64,000 bases of DNA from Carcharhinus longimanus. Taxonomy: Eukaryota. Positions 63,493 through 64,000 of this stretch are shown here, piece after piece (within the stretch, counting starts at the first letter, position 1; the number at the start of each line of letters is the position of its first letter). The stretch spans positions 66,694,234-66,758,233 of the forward strand of contig JASCQW010000099.1 of NCBI GenBank assembly GCA_030264375.1. Reading direction: 5' to 3'. Position numbers and translations under genes: made by a program. A model generated the notes under the pieces. It saw only the letters and a program-made list of their open reading frames with translations. It searched no databases and was not told where the DNA came from.

Positions 63493-63772
63493 AGGGCGGC
63501 ATGGTAGCACAGTGGTAAGCACTGCTGCTTCACAGCACCAGGGACCTGGGTTCGATTCCCGACTTGGAGCACTGTGTGGAGTTCGCACATTCTCCCCGTG
63601 TCTGTGTGGGTTTCCTCTGAGTGCTCTAGTTTCCTCCCACATTCTGAAAGATGTGCTGGTTAGGTGCATTGACCTGAACAGGCACTGGACTGTGGCAACT
63701 AGGGGAATTTCACAGTAACTTCATTGCAGTATTAACGTAAGCTTTACTTATGACTAATAAATAAATAAACTT
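63493..63772 (+). mobile_element. V-SINE tail type B, full length
   Basis: A-box tagcacagtgg, B-box ggttcgattcc, tail aataaataaataaacttt. Confidence 0.87.
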
Positions 63773-64000
63773 TAATTTTCTCACCAATACCCATCTCCCA
63801 GAATCCAAATTAAAACTAAGTGCAGTATAAATAAAGTGAGTTAAGAATAAATAACTGAAAACCTGCTTAAATGGAACACCAACCAACTTGGGTACACACA
63901 GAAAGTAACTTAATAATGACAGTTTAACAGAACATCACATCTCAAAATATTGTTTTGGCGGAGCTTTGTGGAATAAAGTCACGATCAGGGAGTCTGCAAA

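Noticed and set aside
63493-63565. tRNA gene
   Set aside because: The A/B boxes belong to SINE heads that continue into V-domain and tail; no proper cloverleaf
1-64000. Most ORF-track entries as independent genes
   Set aside because: They are short, lack recognisable domains, or are antisense/off-frame to real exons or repeats; long ORFs at 2943, 45304, 47593 and 50239 exist only because of N gaps

Overview
Vertebrate genomic DNA with assembly gaps; the repeat content (HE1/V-SINE-like SINEs, abundant CR1 LINEs) suggests a shark or other cartilaginous fish (inference). Two spliced genes face each other tail-to-tail. On the + strand are the last 12 coding exons of a classical calpain large subunit, most like CAPN2 (916-21496). 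On the - strand are the last 12 coding exons of TP53BP2/ASPP2 (59552-30450). This is the same CAPN2-TP53BP2 adjacency as in mammals. All exons were joined by hand with consistent phases and GT-AG ends; the 5' parts of both genes lie outside the window. Introns hold CR1, Rex1/Babar, Penelope-like, L2-like and R2-like fragments, three SINE types and a PIF/Harbinger-type MITE. The main observations are: a palindromic Penelope-derived element with minimal hammerhead ribozymes, a 28S rRNA/SINE chimeric retrocopy, a U12-type intron, a 101-bp intronic inverted repeat, a candidate alternative last exon with a long 3' UTR for TP53BP2, and a TP53BP2 exon starting with a regenerated 5' splice site. Family names and human comparisons come from memory, not from database searches.
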